DNA of 63,990 bases, filler included, from Peribolospora baueri (lineage: Eukaryota), in NCBI GenBank assembly GCA_029717555.1. It is 3 parts of 3 records of this genome, joined end to end, with 100 filler letters (N's around TTAATTAATTAA, not from the genome) between each part and the next. Parts side by side here need not be neighbours in the genome. Positions count along the whole stretch, not along the records: positions 1 to 29,797 come from JAMDHS010000142.1; positions 29,898 to 59,680 come from JAMDHS010000143.1; 1 more part is not named here. One strand, written 5' to 3'. This document shows positions 20,617-33,264 of the stretch, piece after piece (position 1 is the first letter of the stretch; each line of letters starts with the position of its first letter). Under the pieces are notes generated by a model. It did not search any database. It was not told the origin of the DNA and was given only the letters and a program-made list of their open reading frames with translations. The position numbers and the translations under genes are program-made.

Positions 20617-23600
20617 TCAGATGAACCAAAGAGCAGAGCGGATGACTCGGGCGATGGCGTCCAAGCCCTTCGAGGCGATGTAGTAAGGCGAGAGGAGGAG
20701 GAGAACAGGCCAGGGGTGTTGCTCGATTGCGTGGACGTCCCCTGGTGCGTGAACGTTGCCTAGTGCGTGAACGTCCCCTGGAGCGTATGCGGCCGGCGTC
20801 GCCGGCGCGAGAGGACCGTCGTCGTCGGCACTGATGACGTCTCCCCCGTGCTGCCCGTGTCTCGCGAGTGGCAGCGACACGCTGGGAGCTGCCTCTCGAG
20901 CAGGCTCAGACGAGGCTGCTGTCACCACCGCATCCGCTGGCGTATCCTCACAGTCGTCGACACTCGCACCGGGTAGGTCCCTCATCCACTCCGATCTCAC
21001 CGCTCCGTCTTTTGGGAACAGAGCCGAAAGGTTGTCCATCCTGCCGTCGATATCGTTGATGCGAGCGAGGAGGGTGAAGAGGACGTAGAGACAGACGACC
21101 CAGAGCAGGTACGAGCGGAAGACGCGGAGCACGTTGAGTCTGGATGCTCGTGATGAGTTGGCAGTCGTATGTCGCAAAGGGATGATAAGTGACGGCGCTG
21201 TGTAAGCGGGAAGGTGAAACCTGGCCATCGTCGCCGTCACCGTCGCAAAAGGACCTTTCGAGTGGTCCTGAAAGTTTGCAAAGTGGAAGCCCCGAGAGCG
21301 AGGTTCGGAAAGACGAAGGTTGTTCGGGCTATGGACGGTAACCTCATACCGAACGACAGGTAGTTGGAAAGCGGGCAGAGCACAGTCTTCCTCCCAGCGT
21401 CGGTCAGAAGCGCCAGGCGGCCTTCTCGTCAAGTATTGCAGCTCAAGGACAGGGACGGGATGTAGACCCGATTCTGCCGAGGCTGGGAGGTCGATCTCGA
21501 TCAAAGCGGCCAGACGCTTATCTGCCGCGACGACGCCCTCTGCCGTTTGAGATGGAGCAACGCCCCCGACGCGCCTCCAGCTCGCGCGGCGACCATTGAC
21601 ACTCGTCTCGAAGCCCGACAAAGACGGGTCTTCTGGCGACTCGTGAGAGCGCTGCACACTCACCAGCACTGTCCTTGGCAGCTCCGTGCCGCTGCCTGGA
21701 GCAGTCGGCCATGGCAGCCGTACCACCGCAACGGCAGAAGCGGAACCGCCATCGAGATCCTCGAGAGGGAGTGGCTCCTCAGGACAACAGAGATAGACGT
21801 CGACCGTGACCCACGGAAAGCTGGGATCTAGAGCTTCGAGGAAGGAGTCTGGTGGTGCTCTCTCTACGAGCGCCGGATCCTTTCGAGCCACGGATAAGGA
21901 GCTGAGCGGATCACCCGCTTGAGATGCAGTTCGAGGGGGAGCAGCTGCGGGGTTGATGACGCCTAGCATCACCGCTTCCTCACGAGCACCGGTCCTCGTC
22001 TCTTCCGCTGGGCTGCTCATGGGAGATGACGACGACAAATCAGGCCCGACGCTCCTGCGGAGTCTAATGACTTGATCATGGTCAGGCTCTCGTCCAAAGG
22101 AGCGCGTGCCATCCGGTAGACGGTCGACGATGGCCAGCCTTCGTCCCGACGAGGTGGGGCCCGTGAATATGGAGGTGAAGAGATCGTGTGCGGATGCAGA
22201 AGGGATGCGGAAGAAGGGCAGGGAGAAGACGGCTCTCGACAGGGAATTTGAATCGGAGGGACGCGGAGTGATGGAGAGCTTAGCGGAAAAGTTGACAACG
22301 AAGGGGGGACGGCGTTGCCGGCTTTGGCTGCTAAATCCGCCGACGACGTGGTTGACGTCGAGGACCAGACAGACGAGCTCAACCTCTGGGTCAGCGCCTT
22401 GTCCCACCGCGATCTTCTTCGTCCCACGCTTTTCGTCCTCAGCCTGTTCCTCAGCGAAATATTCCTCAACGATAGTCGACGCCGCGATCTGAGCGCCTCC
22501 TCCGACAGAGTAACGCCGCGCTTTGGTACGCCTGCCCGGCAAGGCGGACACCTCAAAGCTCATGTCCGGGTCCTGAAGGCCACTGGGCGGGGCGACCTGA
22601 AGGAGCGAAGGGCCCGAGACATTGTCGTTCCAGAGGGGCTTCGAAGTGCGGGAGACGTCCGCGGAGCCCTTTGGTCGCGCCCTGCCACCCGCTTGGAAAC
22701 GGTCCGAAGGAGAAGAGGAGGGGCCCATAGAAGCGGTGTTGTCGCCAAAGGAGGAAGTAGAGTGGGAGTCTGAAAGGCGAAAACTCGGCATAGAGTCGGA
22801 AGGGGTGAGGGGCTCGGGAGAGAAGCGCGATGAGGAAGTGGACGCGGGAGAGGTGGACGAAGGGCGTAAGACGTCGACAAGCCCAGGCACGCGCTCAAAG
22901 TGGAGGCTGAGGAGCTTGGCGCGATCACCGAAGGAGTCAAGCTGGAGCCTGTGGAGAGGCAAGGGACCGAGAAAACAAAGCGAGAGCAGTTGGTCGGTCG
23001 CTCGCCGGTGGCATCCACGCCGTCCCAGCGATTCTCTGTACTCACCATAGCTCGGACGTGCTCTCCAGCCCGTCGTACCAAGCGCCATACAGCGCAATCT
23101 GCCCTTCCACCTCCAACAGTACGTCGTTGCGTTTGTTTTCGTTTTCACCTTGGCCGTCGATCACACGCCTTCCTTGCGCCTTGGCCGGGGTGTCGTCCAC
23201 GAGGCCGTATTCTAGCCTGCTCTCCGCTTTATCCATACCCAGGGGGTCACCTCTCCCTCGATCCTCCTTCTCTTCTTCATGTCCTTCACCGCCTTTCCCT
23301 CCTTGGCTCCTCGAAGCGGCCCAACGGATGTGAAGACTCTCGGCGCTGGGGAAGATGCCTTCGATCACGTCTTTGTCCTCCTCGTCCTCCTCTTCCTCCA
23401 CGCGGTCCCGATCCAGCGTGCTCTCAGTTTCGGCGCTGCCCTCACTGCCAGCCGAGTCAACGGCGCTCCTACTCCCGCGATCCCGGTCGGCACCTTCCTT
23501 CCAACTGGATGGAGGATCCATACCTGCGCCGCGCGACCCACGGCGCCGATGAGCTTTTCTTGCCTTTTTCGGTCGGATGAGAGGGGGATCGGTCTGAACG

Positions 23601-24637
23601 GAGAGGGGCGTTCCCGGAGGGATCGAGTAGTGTGCGTGGAGGTCTTCGGGAAAGCGAAGGCTGGGAGAGAGGCACCGGGGGGGTGGGGTGGGAGATTGCG
23701 AAGTACACAGGTGTGAGACCAGCAGACAAAACGGGGGGGAGTGCGACAGAGGCGACTTGTCGGAGCGACTCACTATAGGCTATTTCGCAGACATCGAGGG
23801 ATGGGAAGAACGGCCTGTGCGTCCATGACGGACGGCGATCCGATGTCAGTGCTCTCGGCCCTATCGAAGAAAAGACCGGGAAGGAATCGGCGAAACGAAA
23901 GTCAATGCCTGCTACTTACGCTCCAAGGTGCCCTAGGTGGTTTGGTAGCTAGCTCAACGTCAACCTCCAAAGTGAGCATGTAGCTCCTTGTCGGCGGAGC
24001 GCTTCCTGCACCTGCTTGGTTAGACGCGCTCCTCCCGCTTCCATCCGCAGCGTGCTCCGCATACCCCTCGTCCGCACGGGAGGATGTGCCAAAAGCGGTC
24101 AAGGGGATGGATGAGAGCGGAGAAGAGGTAGCAGGGGTGGGAGAAAGGGGATGTGCAGTGGTGTTAGGCGACGAGGGCAATTGAGAGGGTGAATTTGTTG
24201 ACGAGGTGCTCTCTCGCGTCGGCGTCATTGAGGAGGCTGGAACGGTAATGGATATGAGATAGTTGGCGACCGTTACCGTCGGCAGTTTGCCCTCGTTCTC
24301 CCATCGAGACTGGTGGTCGGGAAGAGAGTAGCGCCTGCTCTTGATTTTGCCTTCATCCGAGCGACCGATAGACGAGGGCGAAGCAACTGAAATGCGGAGA
24401 GCAGAGGCTGCGATAGAGGCGGGCGATGTCGGCGAGGAGAAAGGTGCCGTGCCGTCCGGATTGAGGGGGCTGATGGAGGTGTTGAGGAGGCGGAGATCGG
24501 CCTCTGAGGGGAGACGGAAGGAGCCGGTCAGAGATGACCGTCTAAGGAGGGATGCGAGGCGAGAAGAGGATCAACTCACCGGGTAGGAGGGGGTACGTTT
24601 GAGCTCGAGACAGCACTGGGAGGTTGATCTGCATCAT
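20617..24637 (-). CDS. Large uncharacterised protein with a C-terminal hydrophobic (TM) segment, multi-exon
   Basis: Exons join in frame through GT-AG introns (donors near 24579, 23917, 23773 and 23045). The last exon is about 2.3 kb and contains LLWVVCLYVLFTLLA. The 5' structure is inferred. Confidence 0.62.
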
Positions 24638-25990
24638 GAAACACGCCAAGAGAAGAAGTCAAAGGAGGAAGTCGATGAAGGGAGAAGACTGAGTGCAAGG
24701 CAGCCGCCATCCCGGTGGCCTACCTTGGCATACAACCAGAAGCGCACGCCTGATCCGCCCGCAACGCCCTCCACGGCGAGTTTGGAGCAAACTCGGGCCA
24801 GAGATAATGGAGTTGGACTGCGCATGATTCCTTCACCGCTACTGCCAGCCAGGCGGCCTGTTTCTCCTGTTGATGTTAGCGCCGCGTCGGCATTCCATCT
24901 TGCCGAGGACACGGCCTGGCTCGACCTCGTCGCCATGCGTGCTCACTGAGCTCGGCTTGCAACGGCTGCGTTCGGCTGGTGTGACGTCGATGTGGTTTGC
25001 GTTGGACGACGAAGCGGTTCCTTGAGATGGCAATGAATGGTTGATGCAACACAAGGCTGCGGCTCGCATCGCTTCGGGCTCGTTCCTGCGTCGCGTCCGG
25101 CGCGCACGGCTCACATTCGATTTACGCGGCGCGCCTCGGTGGCCAGTCTGATCCACTAAGACAATTCGTTGCAAAGGAGACACAATGACTAGGAGCCGAC
25201 GCGCTGGGAATACCTAGAGTACATACTGTCCTGTGGAAGGTGGAACTTGGTCAGTGAAGCCTCTGACGGCTTCCAAAGCCCAGATGGACGCGAGTATACA
25301 CTCTCTGAGAAGGGTACGAACAGGCGCAGAGACATTCATTAGAGAAGCAGGATACAACGGTAGGGCAGAGCGAGCGTTTCTGCAAACTGGGCGCTGTCAG
25401 GCGGATGTCATGAGCACCGGGAGATCCATCAAAGGTGAAAGGTTGCGCATGGTAGAAGCAGGCGATGCAAGGCCGAGAGCATTGCAACCACGAGTGTCCA
25501 GCGGAGGCCGCCAAGAAGCAGCGTCGTCACAATGCGCAGCAAAGTAAGCTGGACATATAGACAAGGCATACCATACCGCGCGGTCAGTATACGACCACAC
25601 GGGCGACCTTACCAGTCCGCAGCTGCAGTGGCCGGAGCAAGCGTCGTCCAGCTTGTGACGCTTCGGCCTCCTTCTGCAACCATGCCAGCGACAAGGCGGC
25701 GGATCGTCCCATCGTTGCAGAAGCAGAACCAGCGTCGAGCAGCAGAAGCGACCACCAGCGGCAGCGTCATCTCACGTGCTTTGCCGCAGCGGTGTCCGAT
25801 TTCGGCCGCCTACGGGCGCCCCCGCATTCTGAATCGCCGTGACTTGGCCGACGGAACTCGGACCGACGCACCGGTCGGACAAGAGAGGAGCCGGCGCGCA
25901 CGGTCTTCTCCTCCTCTTCTTTGCGTCCCGTCCATCCTCCTCTCCCATCTTCATCCCGCCGTTCCTCGCCACTTTGCCTTCACCTCCAGC

Positions 25991-27590
25991 ATGACCGTGT
26001 GGAGAACGCAGTCACCGAGCTCCACGAGCGCTCCCAAGGCTACCAACCTCGCCGCCGTTTTACATGGCGCCGGCGACCTTCGCACTGTCCGTCCCGTCCT
26101 TTCTATGCTCCTGCTTTTCGTTCTCGTCCGCCAGTTCTGACCGTTGGGCGCTTCTGCTTGTCTTCCCGTACTACATAGGAGGAGCGCCTCAATAACCCCC
26201 CTGGTCCTGGCGAAGTGCAGGTGCAGGTCAAGGCGACGGGTTTGTGTGGGAGCGACCGTGAGTGGCAGGCAGGGCTTGTGCGAAGTTACGTTGTCTTAAA
26301 ACCTCCCTCCGTCCTCTTGTCACCCTGTTTCCAAAAGTCCATTACTATATGCACGGCCGCAACGGAGACTTCGCTCTCCAACACCCGATGGTATTGGGGC
26401 ACGAAGCGGCGGGCACAGTCGTCGCCGTCGGCCCTCCTCTCTCCACCTGCTCAGGCGCCTCCACCACCACCACCACCACCACCACTTCCCTCAAGGTCGG
26501 CGATAGAGTCGCCTTTGAGGCCGGGTTGTACTGCCGCCAGTGCAGGTACTGCTCCGAGGGAAGGTACAATCTGTGTACTCAGATGCGCTTTGCCAGTTCG
26601 GCCAAGACGGCGCCCCATCTGGATGGCACGTTGAGGGAATTCGTCAACTGGCCGGCCGAAAACGTACACCTGTGAGAGGAGAATCGCCGAGAATGGGCCG
26701 TTTCTCTGTTTCTATCTGAACGGAACGTTCAAACCTCGTGTCCCTTCCTTTCTCTCCACGGCCTGGCTCAGCATGCCGGACGAGGTGAGCTACGAACAAG
26801 GGGCGCTCATCGAGCCCCTCTCCGTCATCCTCCACGGTATCAAGCGCAGCCGTCTCACCGCCGGCGAGTCCGTTCTCGTTTTTGGTGCCGGCGCCGTCGG
26901 CCTGCTCGCCTGTGCCGCCGCTCGCTCGTTCGGCGCTTCGGTCGTGGCGTGCGCTGATATCGATGCAGGGCGGCTGGAGTTTGCGAGGAAGGAGGTGGGG
27001 TGGGCGCAGGAGACGGTGTTGTTGCCACTACCGGCCAAGAGACAAGAGCAAGACGGAGCGGCGAAGAAGGACGGATGGGAGGAGAAGAAAGAGGGCATAG
27101 AGAGGAGCAAGGAGCTGGCGTCGCGCATGCTCCGCGACCTCGGCGTCCTCGCTGACGGAGGCTTCGACGTCACTTTTGAGTGCACCGGCGCGGAGAGCTG
27201 TGTGCAGATGGGCATCTTTGTGAGTGTGCTCAGTCGCGCCGAATGGGAGGATGGTCGTCATGGACTGAGTCGTTATTTATTTCTTTGACGCAGGCCACCC
27301 GACCGACGGGCCGAGTCGTCCTGGTGGGCATGGGCACGCCCATTCACGCTCTCCCCCTCGGCGCGGCGGCGCTGCGTGAAGTAGATCTAATCGGCGTATT
27401 CCGGTACGCCAACACGTACCCCTCCGCTCTGTCCATGCTCGCCAAGGGAGGGCTAGGAAAGATGGGCCTAGAGAGGATGATCAGCCAACGCGTACCGCTT
27501 GGCGATGCGGCCAAGGCGTTCTCGTACTTGCGCGACGGAAAGGGAGAGAAGGGGGAGAGGGTGGTCAAGGTGTTCGTGGGCGATTATTGA
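25991..27590 (+). CDS. Zn-dependent polyol (sorbitol/xylitol) dehydrogenase, MDR family
   Basis: Motifs seen: TGLCGSD, GHEAAG, CRQCRYCSEGRYNLC, GALIEPLSV, GAGAVGL, FECTGAESC and GVFRYANTYP. Confidence 0.93.
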
Positions 27591-28803
27591 GCGGCGTCGG
27601 CGTGACCGGGCCAGTAGATAGAGAAAAAGGACGATGTAACGACATAGACGAATAAGGTTGCAATGAACGGCGTCAGGTGTGCACCCTTCCTTCTCCGCCG
27701 AGCCGCTCCTTTTGTCTCCCGTTCTGTCCAAATGCGCGCCGTGCAGTGGCTGTTTTATAATTTCGGGAGAGGCGGAGTGAGATATAAACGTAGTGTATAT
27801 ATATTTATTGATGCGCGGTCACATTGAGGACCGAGTCGACGGCTAGCTAGCTTGTTCCTGCTGTACCCACGGCAAGCGTGGGTTCCTGACCTCCACCGAT
27901 ACGATCGCCATCGCCCTGGCCGCCGATCCTGGCTCTCAAGGTCACGCGCTCGGCTCAGGGCTGGCTGTCCATGCACGCCGTCGATCTATCGCTATCAACG
28001 CGGCAACTTAGTCAACTGACGCGGAGACCGCGACGGACGCCACTATCTCTGCCCGTCGCCACACCGGATCCGCCCCTTGTCTCTCATTCAAGCCGTGGCC
28101 CGGCGATGGCGCTCAAGAAGCTAGCGCTCGAGAGGATCATCGTCGGCGAGCCGTCCCGAGTCGTGTGATGGACGGGTGGCGTTGATATGAGACAGACGAC
28201 GACGACTACGATGGCTACGACGAGGAGGACGACGACGACGCGGACGACGCCTCGTTAAGCAACTCGGCGACCGCACATGCGGTACCAAGGCACGCATCGC
28301 TGATCACGGGTCGCCAGCTGCATAGATGGATGGTATATCGCCCTTTCTCACTTGTCGCCCCCCACGGTCCCGAGGACGGTCGCCCTCGTCCTCCATCTCG
28401 GCCGCCGGCCTGGCTGCGCTACTCATGCATATCGTGCCGCCGCATCTCATGACCTTCTGGAACTTTCATGACCTTCGGATAAGGTCGGCCTCATCAAGCC
28501 AGACAGACTCACGCTCACCCGACCCGCCGCCGGATGACCCTTCACCGTCGTTCACTCCATCTCTCTTTTGCACACTCGACAGGACTCGTGTGCAAGCGCA
28601 GCGCAGCGGTCTCATGACCTCTCCGATTCGCTCCACCCACCTCGACAGTGACAATGATCACGTCCTTTTTCGGGCTTCCCACCCGTTATCTGCTCGGCCC
28701 ATGTTACACCGTGGCCGTCAGCGACAGTGACCATGGGTCTCGTGGCCCTCATCACCTTCGTCTTCGCCTCACCACCTCGCCCACAACGCCCGGTCGCTGC
28801 GAA

Positions 28804-28809
28804 TATAAA
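28804..28809 (+). promoter_or_regulatory. TATA box upstream of the GH18 gene
   Basis: TATAAA about 175 nt upstream of the ATG, followed by a C/T-rich leader. Confidence 0.4.
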
Positions 28810-28982
28810 TCGGACGCACTTCTCCAGACCATGTCGAGCTACGCAACGGCCTCCCCCCCCTCCCCCCCCTCCCCCTCCTCCCCACCGCTCACGTTGCTCA
28901 CGCTCTTTGGTCTCTCGGACCTCAACGCTCCGTTGCTCACGCTCACGCTCATTTCTTCACGGTCGCCGATACGATAACGACA

Positions 28983-29681
28983 ATGAAGTTTACCCTCCCC
29001 GCATCCCTCCTTGCAGCCACGATCGCTCTCGCGGCCTCCACCCTGCCGGCCTTTGCGCGCCCTCTTGCGATCGATACCTCGGTTCAGGAGAGGTCCGTCC
29101 AGAGCCCGCCTCATTTTGTCATTTACTCGTCAGTTTTCTTTCTTTTCTTTCACCGCTCTGGTCGCCCGCACGGACCACGCGGACCACTGGTCGCTAATCT
29201 CTCATCGCGTGCCCGCTCTTCTTGTCGACCGACCGTTTGCGTTTGCAGAGACAAGTGGGTCGCCGGAGGCGCGCCGCCCAACGCCAGTGCCATTGCCGGA
29301 TGGAACGTCTTTGCGCTCAGTTTTTACCTCGATTACGGTCAGCCAGCCATTCCCGCCGTATCCGTACAAGAGAAGGGGTAGGATCCGCTGACGTTACGCC
29401 CGCTCGCACAGGTCCGACGGACATGGCCCAGGGCTGGCAGGAGCTCACTGCCGATCAGCGCACTGCCATCAAGTCGGAATATGCGTGAGCTCTCTCGGAC
29501 GGGCCTCTCGGACGGGCCTCTCGCACGTCATGCTGACAAGCCTGGTGCATCTCTTGACAGCGCCGCCGGCATCAAGCTCGTCGTCGCCGCCTTCGGCTCG
29601 AGCGCCACTCCCACCTCCTCCGGCATAGACGCCAAGACTATCGCCGACCAAATCGCTGCTTGGGTAAAGCAGTATGACCTT
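28983..29681 (+). CDS. Secreted GH18 chitinase-like protein, 3'-truncated by the contig end
   Basis: A signal peptide is followed by the spliced sequence PHFVIYSDKW..WNVFALSF..AGIKLVVAAFGS..AAWVKQYDL. It breaks off just before the expected DxDxE motif. Confidence 0.78.
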
Positions 29682-29743
29682 GTCAGTCCCATTTCCTCGC
29701 TCAAAACAAAACCTGCTTGTCCTTGCAACGCCTCCCCAACTAA

Positions 29744-29797
<54 letters not shown>

Positions 29798-29897
29798 NNN
29801 NNNNNNNNNNNNNNNNNNNNNNNNNNNNNNNNNNNNNNNNNTTAATTAATTAANNNNNNNNNNNNNNNNNNNNNNNNNNNNNNNNNNNNNNNNNNNN
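29798..29897. other. Artificial contig-joining linker
   Basis: N44-TTAATTAATTAA-N44, which puts stops in all six frames. It is preceded by a poly-T run. Confidence 0.98.
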
Positions 29898-30635
29898 CAC
29901 CCCACAAAAGCAAGGTCTCGACTTCGGTCGTGTCCCATGTTGGGCAGAGCTTTGAACTCAGAAAGGAGTCGGAAGGGCCCCGGCGGAGGATTGTTGCCAC
30001 CGCTGGACGTGCTGGTATGTGAGAAGCTGCCAACCCACCTAACCCCAACGCCGGCCAATTCTAGCGTGCTCGTAGGATCGATGAAATCGTCGCCAGAACG
30101 AGCCGCCTCCCCTAGCCTTTTTATAATTTGAATTTTAGTTTTTGTGGACGTTCTGGTGAGAGCCGTCGACTGCTATCGGCCAGGAACGGACGACTCGGAA
30201 CGTCAAGCAAGGCTCGAATCGGCCGTGTCTTCTGGTGGACCAGCTCGATTACATCCAAGCCGACCTGCACAGGTGCGGGCTCGTCTGACATGGCACGGCC
30301 AGCAGGTATCGGGCGAACATGATAACTGAGGCAGACCCGGGCCACGCACGCGGAAACGACGGCACGACCTGAGGCACGTACGATACGGTAAAAGAGCAGA
30401 AGTCGGGGCGAGCTCGGGGAAGCCAGGCCGTACTCAGAAACAAGGTCGGTCCGCCAAGGGCATCTGCAGTCACGGACAGGACTACCGCCTTCATGCAGGT
30501 TGGTGCCTTGTCCAAGGCACTCTAGAGAGAGCGACGTCCAACTCGCGCTTAGCTTAAAAATACAACCAAACTCCTCCGCCTCCAAGGCTCTGCACGCACT
30601 GGACCGGACCCTGCCATTCCACGAAGCCGGTTATG

Positions 30636-32762
30636 TCATCCCAAAGCGGACCTAGCAAAGACCATGTCCAGCGCACCGCGGACCTGCATGAGCTCCCTCT
30701 GGAAGCGCACTTCGTCTTCCACCTTTTGTCCCAGGCGGCCGAAGAGGTCATCGATCAGCGGCGACTCGCCGAGAACTGGCGCGTAGAGGTCTGCCATGGC
30801 ACGGGGGACGAAGGTCGAGTTGGAGAGGGGAAGTATTGAGCATGAGGCGCCTCATGGAAGCGACCGAAAGTCTAGCTTGACCAAAGCGAACAGCTCTTTG
30901 ATCGAACGGCCCGGGCCACAATCAACTCACCAATGATCATGGCTGCAACATCACAGACCGTCTCAGCGTATTTGGGATTTGTGGCATGTCGAACGAGGAA
31001 GCGAAGAACGGGCTCGAGCGTGACGTCGTCGCGGGAGGAAAGCGCCGGTCGGAGTCCGTCGCGGTGGACGAGCTCGAGGAGGAGGGAGAAGGTCGTGTTG
31101 GCCGGAACGCCCTGAGAGTGCGCGTCGGACGCGTGAAGAGATGGGTGGGAAGGAGAGGAGGCAAGATCGTCAGCAAAAGTTATCAGGCTGTGTTTAAACG
31201 TTCCGAACAGGGCGGCTTGTCACCTTTCGCAACGCAGCGTCCAAGGCGTTTCCATATTGGAACTGCTTCAGCATCCGATCGTATTCCTTCAGCTTCCTCC
31301 GCCTCGTCGCCTCGACCTTGTAGTCTTCCGGTGCAGCCGTGCCCGTCTTCTGACCCCTCCCCGTCTTCTTCCCAGCTCTCTTCCCCGCCGCATTGGCACC
31401 CGTCGCCAAGTCGTTCCCAAGCATGTCCAGGCCCGCACCGCCATCGGCGCGGAGGAAGTACTCATAAGCGCCGCCGGCGAGAATGTCGGAGGCCTTGCGC
31501 TTGCGTTCCGCTTCGGCACTCTTGAGCTCCCTTCTCCGGATGGAGAGAGAGCCATCGGACATTCCGGCGACGATATGGGTGTCGTCTGGAGAGACGGCGA
31601 GGCAGAGCACAGGGGAGGGGTAGCGCATGGTGTGCACGACACGGTAATCGGCCACGTCGTACACCTTGACGAGCTGGTCTAATCCACCCGTGAGTAGCCT
31701 CGACGCGGACCCGTCGAGGGCTAGCGAGGTGATCGTTTTCTGATGGTTGCTCAAAGCCCGGATGCACCTCCCGCCGGATATCATGTCCCACACTCGGAGC
31801 ACAGGGCCTCCGGCGGAAAGAGCGACTGTGGAGCCTCCGGAGGGAAAAACGAGGACGCTCTCGACGGGCGCGCCATGGAGCATGGTCATGGCCGCCCTCG
31901 TCCGGTCGCCGGTGCGCGCGTCCCAGAGCCGAACGGTCTGGTCGTACGAGCCGGTGAGGAGGAGAGACGGGTTGTCGGGAGAGACTACGCCCGTGCGAAC
32001 GTAATCGGTGTGGCCCTCGAAGACGGCCACCTCGGTCTGGGCGGGCATGTCCCACAGTCGCACCGTTTTGTCGTCACCGGTGGAAAGGATTTTTGTATTG
32101 TCTGGAGAAAACTTGGTGACATGGACGGGCCTAAAAGAAAGGGGTGTACGAACGGCGAGCGGAAAAAAATGGTGACGAATGTCAGCATAGGCTCGCTCCT
32201 TCCCATGACCACGCCCAGGAAGAACGGGTCAAGAAGATTCAATCCGGATGAGGCCCGAAGCTCACAACTGATGCCCCTTCAAAGTCCTCAAAACAGCCCG
32301 GCTGTTCATATCGAACACCTGGATGAGCCCCCCATCATCGCCGGCGACGACCAGACGTCCGTCGGCGCGAATGTGACCGGAGCGAGCAACGTCCTTAAAC
32401 CGGGCAAACGTCTTGACCACCCTGTTCGTCTTCTGGCCGTACACCTGCACGCGCACACCGGCCGTCACCGCAAACTTGCGTCCCCCGGCGACCGACTTTG
32501 CCTGGCTCGTGCCGAGCGCGTTCGAAGATGGGTTCGCATTGGTGCCGACGCGAGCGCCGTCCCGATTCTGACCAGCGTCAGCGTCGGCATCGGAGGAGGA
32601 AAACGAAGGGGAAGGATCAGGCTGAAAGTGTACGGACGTGGGAGTGCCGAACTCTTTGACGAAGATGGGTTTGCGGAAGCGCCGCCAGTACTGCGACTCC
32701 GGGTTGTGTGTCGAGGTGAGCGGGCGAGCGTGCCTCTTGAGCTGGACCGGCTCATAGTCCAT
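30636..32762 (-). CDS. UTP15: U3 snoRNP/SSU processome WD40 protein Utp15
   Basis: Contains ESQYWRRF, ARFKDVARSGHIRADGRL, GHTDYVR, HGAPVESVL, NHQKTITSL and a C-terminal helical domain ending LDMVFARSALG*. Confidence 0.94.
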
Positions 32763-33264
32763 AGCTGCACGGAGGACGGCCCCGTTAGGAGACTAGACGA
32801 TGGCGGCTGAGCGAATGGGAGAGGCGCGAGAGGCGGAGGAGAGCGAGTGTGAGTGAGCGTAATAAAAAGTCGAGGTCGGCCACCTTCGACCGTTCGGGCA
32901 CCGGCCAAAATTTCCAACGCCGCAGCCCTTTCCACGTGGCCGATCGTCCGTCCTCGAGCTGCTGCGGTGGAGAGCACAACGGGGCCATGCAAACGTCGAC
33001 CAGATCTCATCACTTCGAGGAAGGAGTGCAATGGGCCTCGCACTCCTCCCTATCCATGAAAAGGACATACAGGCCCATGGGGATGGGCGCGTCTGACGCC
33101 ACGCTGCCACACTGGTCGATCGAGCGTGCTCACACAAGAATGCTCCGCACAATACTTTCGTTCTTCGTTCACAACGCGCAGGCTGTTTATCAGAGCCGTC
33201 CAGCGGCTTATCTATACGAACATCTCCACATTCATATGTTCTCGCTCGCTCCTGCCTTCTGCCC

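Noticed and set aside
24638..25990. Short ORFs or a TE remnant in the 1.3-kb divergent spacer
   Set aside because: There are no recognisable motifs, consistent splice structure or terminal repeats.
29842..29853. Palindromic TTAATTAATTAA as a regulatory or recombination site
   Set aside because: It is an artificial six-frame-stop linker, repeated identically at 59725-59736.
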